Shown here: one piece after another, positions 36,157 through 49,600 of the stretch | Layout of the letters: each line of letters begins with the position of its first letter | How positions within the stretch are numbered: position 1 is the stretch's first letter | From: Octopus vulgaris | Taxonomy: Eukaryota | Direction: 5' to 3' | Length of the DNA stretch: 64,000 nt | Assembly (NCBI GenBank): GCA_951406725.2 | Contig: OX597822.1 | Coordinates: forward strand, 19,654,001 to 19,718,000 | Position numbers and translations under genes: made by a program | The notes under the pieces: generated by a model | Database searches by the model: none | What the model was told of the DNA's origin: nothing | Seen by the model: only the letters and a program-made list of their open reading frames with translations

Positions 36157-39100
36157 TCATCATTTAGCGTCCGTTCTCCATGCTAGCATGGGTTGGACGG
36201 TTCAACTGGGGTCTGTGAAGCTGGAAGGCTTCATCAGGCCCTTCAGATCTGGCAGTGTTTCTACGGCTGGATGCCCTTCCTAACGCCAACCACTCCGTGA
36301 GTGTAGTGGGTGCTTTTTACGTGCCACCCGCACAGGTGCCAGACAGAGCTGGCAAACGGCCACGAACGGATGGTGCTTTTACGTGTCACCGGCACGGGGC
36401 CAGGCGAGGCTGGCAACGGACATGAACGGATGGTGCTATACGTGCCACCAACACGGGGGCCAGACAGAGCTGGCAAACGGCCACGAAACGGATGGTGCTT
36501 TTACGTGTTACCGGCACGGGGGCCAGGCGAGGCTGGCAACGGACACGAACGGATGGTGCTTTTACATGTCACCGACATGGGGGCCAGACAGGGCTGGCAA
36601 ACGGCCACGAACGGATGGTGCTTTTACGTGTCACCGGCACGGGGGCCAGACAGAGCTGGCAAACGGCCACGAACGGATGGTGCTTTTACGTGTCACTGGC
36701 ACGGGGGCCAGACAGAGCTGGCAAACGGCCACAAACGGATGGTGCTTTTACGTGTCACCGGCACGGGGGCCAGGCCAGGCTGGCAACGAACACGAACGGA
36801 TGGTGCTTTTACGTGCCACCGACACAGGGGCCAGACAGGGCTGGCAAACGGCTATGAACGGATGGTGCTTTTACGTGTCACCTGCACGGGGGCCCTGATG
36901 TTGATCGACCTCAATTTGGTTTGATCTTGATTTTGACTGTTCTCACTGGTCTTGCCGGGGTTTCTCACGCACAGCATACTTCCAAAGGTCTCGGTCACTG
37001 GTCATTTCCTTGGTGAGACCTAAAATTCGAAGGTCGTGCTTCACCGCCTCGACCCAGGTTTTCCTGGGTCTACCTCTTCCACAGGTCCCCTCAACTGCCA
37101 GGGTGTGGCACTTTCGCACACAACTATCTTCAGCCATTCTCATCACATGACCATACCAGCGCATACGTCTCTCTTGCACACAACAACTGATGCTTCTTAG
37201 GTTCAACTTTTCTCTCAAGGTACTTACACTCTGTCGATTATGAACACTGACGTTACACATCCATCGGAGCATACTAGCTTCATTTCTTGCGAGCTTATGC
37301 AAATCCTCAGCAGTCACAGCCCAAGTTTCACTACCATGTAGCATGGCTGTACGTACACATGCATCATACAGTCTGCCTTTTACTTTGAGCGAGAGGCCTT
37401 TTGTCACCAGCAGGGGTTAGAGCTCTCTAAACTTTGCCCAGGCTATTCTTACTCTAGTAGTTATACTTTCAGCGCACCCGCCCCCGCTACTGACTTGGTC
37501 ACCTAGGTAATGGAAACTATCAACTACTTCTAGCTTTTCTCCCTGGAAAGTGACGAAGTTGGTCTCAGAGCATTTTCAGTGTTAATTGTTCCTGAGCATC
37601 TGCCACATACAAAAACCATCTTCCTAGTTAGCCTTCCTTTGACATTGCTGCACCTCTTATGTGTCCATAGCTTACACTTGGTGCATCTTATAGAGTTTCT
37701 ACCTACACCTTTTCTACAGATCAAGCAGGGCCATCTACCTGAAGGCGTTTGTGATTGGTCTACCTTCCTACTTATTAGGACTTTGGTTTTGGCTAGGTTG
37801 ATTCTAAGGCCCTTCGATTCTAAACCTTGTTTCCATACCTGAAACTTCTCCTCTAGTTCTGATAGAGACTCAGCAATTAGAGCAAGGTCATCAGCATAGA
37901 GGAGCTCCCAGGGGCATCCTGTCTTGAATTCCTCCGTTATTGCCTGGAGGACTATGATAAATAGGAGGGGACTGAGGACTGAACCTTGGTGGACCCCAAC
38001 CTCTACCCTGAATTCTTCACTGTACTCGGTGCCAACCCTCACCTTACTAGCAGCGTCTCTGTACATGGCTTGTACAGCTTTCACTAACCATTCATCTATC
38101 CCTAGTTTCCTCATTGACCACCAGATGAGGGATCGGGGGACCCTGTCGAAGGCTTTCTCCATATCAACAAAAGCCAGGTATAGGGGCTTGTCTTTGGCTA
38201 GGTATTTCTCTTGCAGCTGTCTTACCATGAAAATAGCATCAGTAGTACTTTTCCCTGGCACGAACCCAAACTGCATCTGATCTAGGCTAACTCTCTCTCT
38301 AATTAGTTGGGCTATAACCCTCTCCGTAACCTTCATTACCTGATCCAGCAGCTTGATACCCCTGTAGTTATTTGTATCTAGGGCGTCACCTTTACCTTTG
38401 TAGCAGCTGACTATTATGCTGCTACACCAGTCATTGGGAATGACTCCTTCGTGTATCACCTGGTTAACTATACGGGTGACTAGGCTATAGCCTACACTAC
38501 CAGATATTTTGAGCATCTCTGCAGTAATTCCTGATGGGCCTGGGGCTTTCCCTGTTTTCATGCTTTTAATTTCCTTATCTACTAAGGAACTGTCAACTCG
38601 GATTGCTGGTCCCTCTGTTGGGTCAACATTCGGCAGACTCTCTTTATCCCATTCATTTTCCTCATTCAGCAACCTTTCATAGTGGCTTCTCCAAACCTCT
38701 CTCTTTGCATCCTCATTTAGCGCAAGTGAGCCGTCATCCATGCGAACACATTTTTCTCCTACCACGTCACGATTCTCTCTCACACACTGTCTTGCTATAC
38801 AAAATACCTCAAGTCTTTCATCCTCACGGCACAGGACATTGGCAAATTTTTTCCTATCTGCTTCCCCTCTGGCTAAATAAACCTGCCTCCTAGCTTCCCT
38901 TCTTGCAGTCTGATACACTTCCCTGCTACCACCGTTCTTCCAGTCCTTCCAAGCCTGTTTCTTTTGTCTAATAGCCCTGTCAACAGTATTGTTCCACCAC
39001 CACGTTATTTTGGGTCTTGTGGGGACTTTGCACCAGCCACAGATCTGGTCAGTGGCTTTCAGCAGGTTGTCCCTTAGAAGCGCCCAGTTATCTTCTACCC

Positions 39101-39309
39101 CATGTGTAGCTATGCCCCCTTCTATTTTGTCGAAGGCTTCAAGTAACATGTCTCTAAATCTTTGTCCATTAGCAGGGTCTTTAAGCTTCCAGGCCCTTCT
39201 TCTCCATGTTGGTCGTCTTCTAGTTGTCCTCTTAGTCCTGATCCTAAAGTCACTGACTACCATTCTATGTTGTGGGGTACATTCTTCGCCTGGGAAGGTT
39301 TTGGCATTC
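36153..39309 (-). mobile_element. RTE-clade LINE, 5'-truncated, with one frameshift near 37550
   Basis: ORF 37530..39428 has KAPGPSG, YRGIKLL, QFGFVPGKST, FVDMEKAFD, GVHQGSVLSP and LLYADD. It continues in another frame through YLG into ORF 36943..37407 (GSETW, WYGHVMR, RGRPRKTW). The 3' UTR ends in (GAT)n at ~36153. The annotated ORF start above 39310 is microsatellite read-through. Confidence 0.95.
36318..36895. repeat. ~62-bp GC-rich minisatellite (~9 units) in the RTE 3' UTR
   Basis: Repeated ...ctggcaaacggccacgaacggatggtgcttttacgtgtcaccggcacggggg... unit. Confidence 0.9.
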
Positions 39310-39357
39310 ATATATATGTATATATATATATCATCATCATCATCATCATTTAACGTC

Positions 39358-39404
<47 letters not shown>

Positions 39405-39670
39405 AACACCCAAGTACCTCAATTTCATCTACATTACTTCAGTCTACTTGAGTAATAAAGGTAGAATGAGGTATTTTTGTATGTTATTCTGTAATAATTA
39501 CTGGTATCCTTATATATTAATATATTTTATATCTTATATGTAAAGCATAATATGTTATACATGTATGTATATTCTTGTAATTGTCAGTTTAGTAAATAAA
39601 TAAATAAGTTAACATAATATAATGTCTAAAAGTTGACAAACCATCTATTGATCCCCTCCATTTTCTTATT

Positions 39671-39753
<83 letters not shown>

Positions 39754-40229
39754 CTTATAAACAAGGGCAAAAGAAAATTATTTCCCTGCCAATATGCTGA
39801 TAACAGACTTTTAAATCGTCAATTTCCACATATTATATACCCACTACAGAAATACGTTGTACTGAAATCAGGTAGCTAGTCAACAGAATTTTTCTAAAAA
39901 GTTTATTTCTATATTGAATCTATTTCGGAATAATTCTCATCGATTTTTTCCTCTTCAGTAGAAAATATGATAAGAAATAAATGATATACTTACATACACC
40001 CATGGACAAAAAAAAAGCCGAAGCAAAAGTCAAGAGTACATATAAGTACCCCAGTTATATCTAAATATAAAATCCCTTGGCTAGCCTCAGTACATGTGTG
40101 AACTGTTCTCCACCACAGCTTATAGTGGTTACCAGTCTATATACATATATTTATAAAATTATTGCCTGAATGAACAAATGAGATTTCAAAAACGCAAAAA
40201 TAATTTCATAAGAAAATAACTTTCCATAC

Positions 40230-40345
40230 TGTTTGATGACATAAAATCTTGGGGGTCATATGAAAATCCACTTGGTTCTAGACCTGGTCCACAACTAGCA
40301 TGCTCTCCAGTCTCTTGAAGATTTATTACAGACATTATTTTATAC
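40230..40345 (-). CDS. PTPDC1: PTPDC1-like exon (YKIMSVINLQETGEHASCGPGLEPSGFSYDPQDFMSSN)
   Basis: Lies inside ORF 40186..40410. tttcag/gtatgg boundaries; 116 nt, phase 2 to 1; INLQxxGEHASCG motif. Confidence 0.95.
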
Positions 40346-40577
40346 CTGAAATAAGGAAAATTTGAAGAAAAGTAACACATTTTTTGAGTGATGATAAGGG
40401 GCAAAAACATACATATGATGGGCTTCTTTCAGTTTCCATCAGCCAAATTCACTCACAGGGCCGAGGCCAGCCTGAGGCTATAGTAGAGAACACTTGCTCA
40501 AGATGTCACACAGTAGGACTGAATCCAGAACCATGTGGTTGGGAAGCAAACTTTTTACCACACAGCCACTATATATA

Positions 40578-40616
<39 letters not shown>

Positions 40617-42125
40617 TTAGGGAATAAATCCAAACTTACAGGGAAAAATTAGATTTAGGATTAAATCCAATTTTATAGTATAAATATATTATATTATATT
40701 AAATTAGAGATAAAACCACTATTAGTCAAATCAAACAGTGAAAAACATAAGCCAATACATAAAATTAATTTAAAAATATAAAAGTTAAAATTTTAAATAT
40801 ATATATACAAATATATATATATATGTATGTATATTTTTATATTTATATATTATTTTATTTATTTATTAATTGAAAAAAAATTTTTATTAAATATAATATA
40901 TATATATTTGTCATAAGATCATAAGTCAGAAAGAGCACACCCTAAAATAAATAAACCAGTTGTTTTTTATATATATATATATATAAGACAAAGAAGAAAA
41001 TAGAGAGGATAATTAGTTAACAAACATCAGCCTGTAAACATCCTTTGGATCAATTTATTGATTCCAGTCATATGTATAATAAATAAATGAATAGGAACAA
41101 ATGAGTGAATAATACTATTTCTTTTCATTTATTTACTTATTTATTTATACATATGATTGTAATCAATAAATAGATCCAAAGGATGTTTACAGGATGATGT
41201 TTGTTAATTAATTATCTTCTCCATTTTCTTCTTTGCCTTATAAATTCTGGGTAAATTTCTGTTTACTCCAACTCATACATATTCAATTGTGCTATTGTCT
41301 TGCAACAGTAAGCACTTGGATATAAATACATAGGTATACATCCAGTTGTATATTGGATATTTATTATTCCTTAGACAGTTGTTTAACCTCTGACTCATGT
41401 AGACGTGTACATACACACAAGTTCAGTAAAATTTTGGTTCAGATGAATATGGTACTTAAGTTTCAGGCACCAGAATTTGGTATGGTATTATCCATATAAT
41501 TCAAAATGGGGTGATTATAATCAAAATAAGCAACAAGGATATCCAGAGGTGATGCAGTACGATCGTTTCATGCGACTCCATTTAATTGAACAATGCAAAT
41601 ATTACATCAATTTTAAAATGTAGAGCAATCTTCAGCTGCATAAAAATATAGAATTTAGTTAAATTCGAAAGATTCATTTGTATAATTTTCTTTTTATTCA
41701 AAATCACAAAGAGGATAAGTAGATAGACAAAGAACATGTTTTATCAACAACATCATAGTTGTAACAGATTTTTTTCAAAAGAAGACACTGCTTATCATTG
41801 ATTATTTTTGTTATTCAGATTTATAAATGAGTCCTTCTAATTTAACTAAATTCTATATTTTTATGCAGCTGAAGATTGCTCTACAATTTAAACTGATGTA
41901 ATGTTTGCATTGTTCAATTAAATGGAGTCGCATGAAATGATCATACTGCATTACCTCTGGATATCCTTGTTGCTTATTTTGCTTATATATATATACACAC
42001 ACACACATGATGTGCAAGATATCATCTAAAGTTACTTTCAAAATAAAATTAAGTATATTGAGAATCTGTAAGAGTAAGTTATACTCTAATGATGACATAT
42101 CTAACAATATTTGAAACAAACTTAC

Positions 42126-42206
42126 CTCACAAACTGATCAACAATTCTATGTCTTACCATAACTTCTGTATTAGGTCTGGCCATTGCCAGTATATCTTTA
42201 GATACC
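42126..42206 (-). CDS. PTPDC1: PTPDC1-like exon (VSKDILAMARPNTEVMVRHRIVDQFVR)
   Basis: tttcag/gtaag boundaries; 81 nt, phase 2 to 2; ILAMARP motif. Confidence 0.93.
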
Positions 42207-44463
42207 CTGAAATAAAAGACTTTTATTATTAATATGAATTCAAAGAACACAGACATCATTCTTTCATTTGTTTTATGCCTGATTTTTTTCTTTCCACAAT
42301 TACTTGTCTAAGACAGACCTACACATTTGAAATAAATTGGCTTTTGTAGAAGTAAGTTTTCTTATAGTTTTATGATCCTACTAGAGGGCAGTCAGCTTCT
42401 TAAGTGAGCAGAATTAACTACATAGCAAATCATCTTTATCATTTACCAAACAGCAAAGTAGGAAAAGAGAAGAGAGAACTTGATGGTAACTATAAATTGG
42501 TGCAACTTTTTCTGGTCTATGGTTTATGGCATTGAGAAAAGTACCTTCTCCCATTGTTTCCCAACAATGGACTTTCAAGTTCAGTCCTTGTGTGTGGTAC
42601 CTTATCTTTTACGTTTTACATGTTTCAGTCATTAGACTGTGGCCATGCTGGGGAATCCACCTTGAAATTTTTTTAAGCAAAATGAATTGACCCCAGCACT
42701 TGTTTTTAAAGCCTGGTATTTATTCTATCAATCTTTTTTGCCAAGCCACTACATTATGGGGATGTAAACATGCCAACACTGGTTGTCAAGTGGTGGTGGG
42801 AAACAAACACAGACACGAAGAGATATATATATATATATATATATACTAACCACATGGTTTCGGGTTCAGTCCCACTGCGTGGCACTTTGGGCAGGTGTCT
42901 TCTACTATAGCCCCGAGCTGACCGGAGCTTTGTGATTGAATTCGGTAGGCGGAAGTTACTGTCGTGTGTGTATGTGTGCGTATAGCTGCTCAGTGCCTCT
43001 CCGAAAGAGAGACAGACTTCATTCAGTTTCTGTTTACCAAATCCACTCATAAGGCTTTGGTCAGCACAAGGCTATAGTGGAAGACACTTCACAATGTACC
43101 ACAAAGTGAGATTGAAACCAGAACCATATGGTAGGGAAGTAAGCTTCTTACCACACAGCCATGCCTGCGCTTATGGGCAGGTTTTCTACAATAGTCCTGG
43201 GCTGACTAAAATCTTGTGAGAGGATATGGTAGATGGAAATTGAAACAAGCTACATGTGTGTGTGTGTGTGTGTGTCTCCTTGGTCTTGACATCATGTAAT
43301 AGTTGTAAATGAGTGTCACTATCATTCATTTCCAGTATTCTGTAAAAATGTCTGGCCATGGGGAGATACTACCTTGCTTGGTAACAGAAGGGCATCAGGT
43401 TGTAGAAAACCTGCTTCAATAAGCTCTGCTCAATCCATGCAAGCATGGAAAAGTAGATGCTAAAGCAAAAGGAAAACTGAAACATAAAACCCTTTAGCTA
43501 TATTGGGTATTTTTAGGATGGCACTATTGATGCTATTTAGAATTTTTATAAACACGTAATTGACAGAAATTAGACAAATTAAATGTCTTTGTTAAAATAC
43601 ATTACGATAGTTAAGGCAACACTAATATGATGATATTATTTCTTGGTAATTTCTTTCTCTTGCTGATTTCTGATACTGGAATGGGGCCATGCTGGAGCAC
43701 AACCTTCAAAAGGGCTTTTAGTTAATTATATCGATCTCAATACTTTGTCTCGTATGTATGTTAGATAAAACAAAAAATGCAAAGTCAACATTTGTATAAA
43801 GGGAATTAATTCATGCAAACTTAACTATCCAGGTCACTGACACTTATCTCACCCAACATGCACAAACATATATATATATATATAGTCTTGATGGTCTTCT
43901 GCATAATTTCTGTTTACTAAATTTTCCTCAGGAGTATTGGTCAATCTGAGGCAACAGTACAAGATACCCAAATTGACATGCAGCAGGACTGAACCTAGAT
44001 CCACATGGTTGGGAAAAAAATTTCTTAACCACACAGCCATGTCCAGATCCAATTGCTTGAAACACTTACATGTCACAGTTCATATCGTCTTTAGAATTAC
44101 AAAAAACTGAGAACACTTGAAATACTTGGTAAGTACAATTCAGACTACTTGAATATTATGGTACTTACTATCCTTTTTCGTCACTTCATAATACCTTAGT
44201 CTTAATCCCAGACAGTGTCACTTATGGAGTGATTTAAATTTATGTTTTCTTTAGTAGTTCTTGGATCCCTTATAACAATGAGATGCAATCCTTCTCATCA
44301 TATGAAATTCGCCAACCTGATGCACCCCAACACCTCGTTTTTTTTTTTAAAAACTTATTCACTGTTCACTTCTTGTGCATATTCTATGTACTATTCACAC
44401 ACTTTTGGTTACTTTTTATGATGAGTTGTAGTGCAGCTGAGCCCTGTATTCAATAAGTTCATT

Positions 44464-44716
44464 ATTACCTCTGCCTTAGTGAAGGTGGAGGTATTGTTTT
44501 CAGTTGTGTTTGTTTGTTTGTTTGTCCGTGGACAAGATATCTCAAGAACCACTGGATGGATTCGGATGGAACTTTCAGGGATGTTTGGCCTTGTGACGGG
44601 CACAAACTGATTATATTTTGGGATCGATCCAGTATGGGACAAGGATTCTGGATTATTTTTCGTTTTTTTTTTACTTAAATTTTGGCAGAGGTTTGTGCTC
44701 TCTGAGTGCTCTTGTT
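44464..44716 (+). mobile_element. Helentron/HINE-like non-autonomous element
   Basis: Subterminal inverted repeat acctctgcc / ggcagaggt, internal (TTTG)n, 3' gtgctctctgagtgc hairpin, T-rich ends. Confidence 0.6.
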
Positions 44717-44720
44717 GTTA

Positions 44721-45088
44721 TCTCTATATATATAAACGGCAAAATGTCTGTCTGTGTGTGTATCCTTTATACAAATCCACAATTTTTCAGTTAGAGGGCT
44801 TGCACTTTCTATGGTCATTCAAAACCGTCGAAGGGTGGTCGTGCACATCTTTACATTTCCCCAGTCACCCCGCAAAGCCATTAAAAAATCAATAGAAGTA
44901 GCTTTTTTGTGAATTTTCTCTCCAAAACCCAATCAAAATGCCCGAAACTTGATACGCCAATTGAATGCCAGCTAGCTGTATGTAATTGGTCAGAGATTTG
45001 GACAGTACTTGCATGCATGTGCGCATGCACGCAGCTGTACATGCATGCACTAGCACTATGACCCGGGGTTGCCGGGTCATAGTGCTAG
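44721..45088 (+). mobile_element. Non-autonomous Helitron
   Basis: A|TCTCTATATATATAAACGG ... tgacccgg-ggttg-ccgggtca hairpin ... CTAG|T. Confidence 0.88.
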
Positions 45089-45761
45089 TTACTATTATTA
45101 TTATACTTGTGAGAACACATGGCCTAGTGGTTAGGATGTTGCACTCACGATTGTGGTTTCAATTCCTAGACAATTCCTGGTGTGTTGCGTTCTTGAGTAA
45201 AACACTTCATCTCATGTCACTTTGCGATCACTCGACACGTGGTACACCAAGCACCTGTTCGGGCAATGTCGATAGTGTGAGCTACAGTACATAAATTCAA
45301 TTGCTATAAACAAATCTTTTGTGCAGGTCGTTCCACAAAAGCTGAACACTCACACATTGTCTTCGACGGGAGAGTTCATTATTATGCTAGAAATTGAATG
45401 GACTGAGTTTAATCAATCCATCCATCTTTTCTGTCTACTAACCCAGGGAGGGTTGTGGGGACAGAGACCTCAGGCACCTTCTTGATAAGGTCCTCTCAGA
45501 AGCCACCATTATCACACTTTCCAATTCCCAATCACTAACAGTTGTTCCCTCCTGGACTTGATTAGGGGTACGGAGAGACACTCATCCATTGTGCTCCCAC
45601 CCAACACCTTCCCCAAGTTGCAGGCTTATTGCAATATATTTTCCAAACAGATTCCTCTTCTAGGACAATCAAATTACACAAGAAAAAAAAACCTATTATG
45701 AACATGATGTACTAAACTAGATAAAAATTTAAATACAGGAATTCCACAGAGAGAAAGTTAC

Positions 45762-45924
45762 CAATGAGAAAAGAGTCCGGTGATAGCCATTTGGCCTTCC
45801 CAGCAGTCACTGCGATCATATTTACAATTGCGGCCACCACAAAACAAAGCACATTGGTTCTTTAACGAAATCAAGCCCTGAGCCTGTTCTGTCAGGACAC
45901 TATATTGAGGATTAGGAATGCTGG
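45762..45924 (-). CDS. PTPDC1: PTPDC1-like exon (SIPNPQYSVLTEQAQGLISLKNQCALFCGGRNCKYDRSDCWEGQMAITGLFSHW)
   Basis: tttcag acceptor and gtaact donor; 163 nt, phase 1 to 2. CGGRxCKY...W...AIxGxxSxW matches the PTPDC1 N-terminal block as I recall it. Confidence 0.92.
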
Positions 45925-48687
45925 CTGAAATGATAAAATAATATTGATGATAATCATGAGGAGTCCATTAAAAACAGTTAAAATATGACATGTAAATTAA
46001 TGTATTTATACAGATCACATTAACCATTAACAAATATCTATTCATTCTTAACACATTCTGGCAGATTCAAATGTAACTATCTGATCACTTTTGTTTTTTA
46101 ATCAATGGAAAACATCACCTCCTTTTAGATGACATGTTCAAAACCATACAGTTCACTGGTGTGAGGGGACTTTGAAACACTAGTGTTTCAACCTTATTGT
46201 ATGTCTCATCAGTCAAAGTTATTCTGTCAGACAGATGAATCAGACAAAATGCATGAGCTTTTGTTTATAGGGATCAGCAAGTTATTTGCTGATGTGAGCT
46301 GATTTCTACTAAACAGATAATAAATGCATGCAGAACACTGAGGATCAAAATAATGATATACCTATATATTCTTAATTCTGGCAGATTTGAACATGAATAT
46401 CCTGATCTCTGTTGTATTTAGTCTTCAGAGAATATCTCTCTTTAGACGATGTGTGTTCATAACATGAATGAAGAGACACACCATAAGGTCAAAATAACCG
46501 TGTCTCAAAGTAAAAAATTCCCTTATGTCAATGAATTGTGTGTGTGTTGATGCATAACACACATTGTTTGGAGGAAGGAGATATTCTCCAATGACAAAGA
46601 GCAACAGCAATCAGCATATTTATGTTTGAATTGTATTAAAAAGGAACAGATACATTCTCATTTAGATTCTTGATGTTCTGCATACACCTCATGAATTATT
46701 ATGGTCTGGCAGACATCAGCGTATAATTTGTTTGCAGCTTGCTATAAACAAGAGCCACTACTCCCATTTAGATTCACTGATTCAGGGATAGCGTTGACAG
46801 AAAAGACACAATAAGGTTGAAATGCCTCAAACTCAAAATTCCCTTACACCAACGAACCATGTCTATCCATGTTGTCATAAGGGAGCAGATTATTCTTCAA
46901 TGGCAAAATGTAACAGTGATCAGCGGATTCACAAATGAATCTGCCAGAATGTTTTGAGAGTGATAAATAAGTTATCATTTAGATCACCCATGTTGTGTTC
47001 AACACCCCAGACCCTGTACTAATCACTATTCCCATTCCTTCCTTCCTTCTCTAGAACATCATCCTTCTGAAATCTCCTCTTTGTTCCCTACAGGGGTCAA
47101 CTTGTAACTGTTTAAATTGAACATTAATACAATCTGTCTCACAAGTTGAGGAAGAACTTCAAAAGTCATGGGCACTGTCCCCCAAGTAACTTGCAAAACA
47201 CCACAAATTATTATCTGTCGGGCAAACATTAGTACACATCAGCAAATAATTTATTTGATGATTTCTGTTAACAACAGCCAGTACTCTTGTTAGTTTCACT
47301 GATCTAGGGGTAGCTTTGACTGGGAAGACACACAATACGGTTGAAACACTATATTGTCTCATCTGAAGACCAGAGATGTTCGCTAAAGACAAAATACAAT
47401 AGTGATCAGCATATTCATGTTTGAGTCTCTCAAAATGTGTTCAAAATGAATAGATACATCATTGTTTAGACTCTCACTGTTTTACGTAGATCTCCTGAAT
47501 TCTAATTTATAATCGTATGGAAGGGACATAAGCATTCACCAATTAAATCTATTTAATGGCGCTGCCAACCACACAATAGGTGAAATAGATAAAACAACCG
47601 AATGATAGCATAATTTGCAGTAAACCATCTGGTTGCCGTTTTTGAAGGATTCATCTATTCATGGGTTATTGAGTGTTAGTCAATACCATAGGCTCCTGTA
47701 CTTGGCTTGTACTTTATTTTATCAACCCTGGAAGGTTGAGCGGAAACAAACATAGCAAGGCTTTTTCGTGATGCTCCAATGATTCTGCTAGATAGAAATT
47801 CTTTGATTTTGCAAAGTTCACTTTATATTAGCTTAAAATGGAGCCAAATCCTTAATTTATTGTCAAAACATTGGATGTGATATCTACAATAGTATCAACA
47901 TGTCATATAACCATATCTTTATTGTTTCACTTTGGAATACAAAGGACATGGAATTATAGAATTGTTCTCTCTTTTCCAAAACTTCCTAAAGGAAAGCTAG
48001 ATTATAAGACAGTTCATCTGACAAGCTAATGACACTCGAATCTTTGCCTTCTTTTGTCACCCCTTTGTTATGGGTTGGTGACAGGAAGGGTATCCAGCCA
48101 TAGAAAAATATATCTCAACAAATTCTGACTGATCCATGCAAACATGGAAAAGTGGACATTAAAACTATAATGATGATGATGAAATGAAAATATTATCTTT
48201 ATAATATATATCGAAATAATTTAAGTTGATATTTAAAAAGATATATTTATATATATTATATATATTAAAAATGTTATTTTTATAATATACATCTTTATAT
48301 TATCTTTATTAACATGTCTTTATAATATATTGGTTTCAAATTTTGGCACAAGGACAGAAAGTTCGGGGGAGGAGGTAAGTCAATTACATCGATCTCAGTG
48401 TTCAACTGGTACATATTTTATTGACCCCGAAAGGATGAAAGCAAAGTCGACCTTGGCAGAATTTGAACTCAGAAAGTAAGAACAGATGAAATGCCACTGA
48501 GCATTTTGCCTGGTGTGCTAATGATTCTACTAGTATATTATTTATCTTTATAATATATATCAAAATGTAAACTTCATGACAGATCTTTTTGATTCAACAT
48601 GAAATGTTACCAAAATTTCACAATTAAAATTTAAATATTAGAGTAAGAAATAAAAAAACTGCAAAAAAGCAAGAAAATGTTATATAC

Positions 48688-48763
48688 CCTCTACAGCCTC
48701 ATTGGACTCCCAGAGAAAAATATCATCTTTTTCACTATGTCCTTCGTCCAGTTCGGAATTCAT
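48688..48763 (-). CDS. PTPDC1: PTPDC1-like, probable first coding exon (MNSELDEGHSEKDDIFLWESNEAVE, ends phase 1)
   Basis: ATG at 48763 sits 7 nt after a pyrimidine-rich AG acceptor (48772-48771). Donor GTATAT. The phase-1 end joins the next exon in frame. This part is not conserved, so support is weaker. Confidence 0.6.
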
Positions 48764-49164
48764 TTCAATACTTAAAGAAGAAAAAATAGAAAGAAATGTA
48801 AAACACAGACTTATTAATTAATTCCATGTTCTCTTTTTGTCATATTGTCTCTTAAAATCCTCTCATGGCTTAGAATGAACTTTTCTGTAACTCTACATTG
48901 ATAACTCTAAATATGGTTGTGTTGGACTAATAACAGGCTTTTTTTAAAACTCAGTATGTTTGGTTGGTTTCAATAGTAACACAAAAAAATCTGATAAAAA
49001 ATAACAGGCAAAAAAACCAGCAATAATATTTCTGGCCCTCTTTGCTGTTACTAGGAATATTACCACCTAGAGACTGTGGTAGTTATGTCTTAGTGATGTA
49101 AACAACAACACAACAGAATTCACTTTAAAGAGTAACATAAATAATTAATCAAAGTGAATAAGAG

Positions 49165-49238
<74 letters not shown>

Positions 49239-49600
49239 TAGGATTGTATACAACTGAATCTCATGCTTAAAGATTATATAACAACAACAGATCATGTTTG
49301 AACACATTCTTACATCATTATCAATTAACATCTGTCTTCTGGCATAGATTGGTTGGTTTGAAAGGATCTGATAAATGAGAGCTCCAGTTTCTCTGCTTTG
49401 GCATGTTTTTCTTTTATGGTTCAATGCCCTTCTTCACACCAACCACTTTACTGAAAGTATTGAGTGCTTTTTTCATGCCACTGGCACAAGTGAAGTTACC
49501 AAGTAACTTGCAAAACAAGACAACAACCTTTGAGCTGAGTGGGGTTGTAATAGAGAGCGAGATGGCTTTATGCCAGGCGTTGAGAGGTTAAAGTTTGATA

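Noticed and set aside
39310-39428. N-terminus of the 632-aa ORF
   Set aside because: It is (CT)n/(TA)n/(GAT)n microsatellite read-through. The LINE is 5'-truncated at ~39309 and lacks most of the endonuclease.
39993-40135. Possible extra PTPDC1 exon ending at a gtaagt donor (~39993)
   Set aside because: It has no similarity to PTPDC1, and the protein is already continuous from 40230 to the 29533 microexon.
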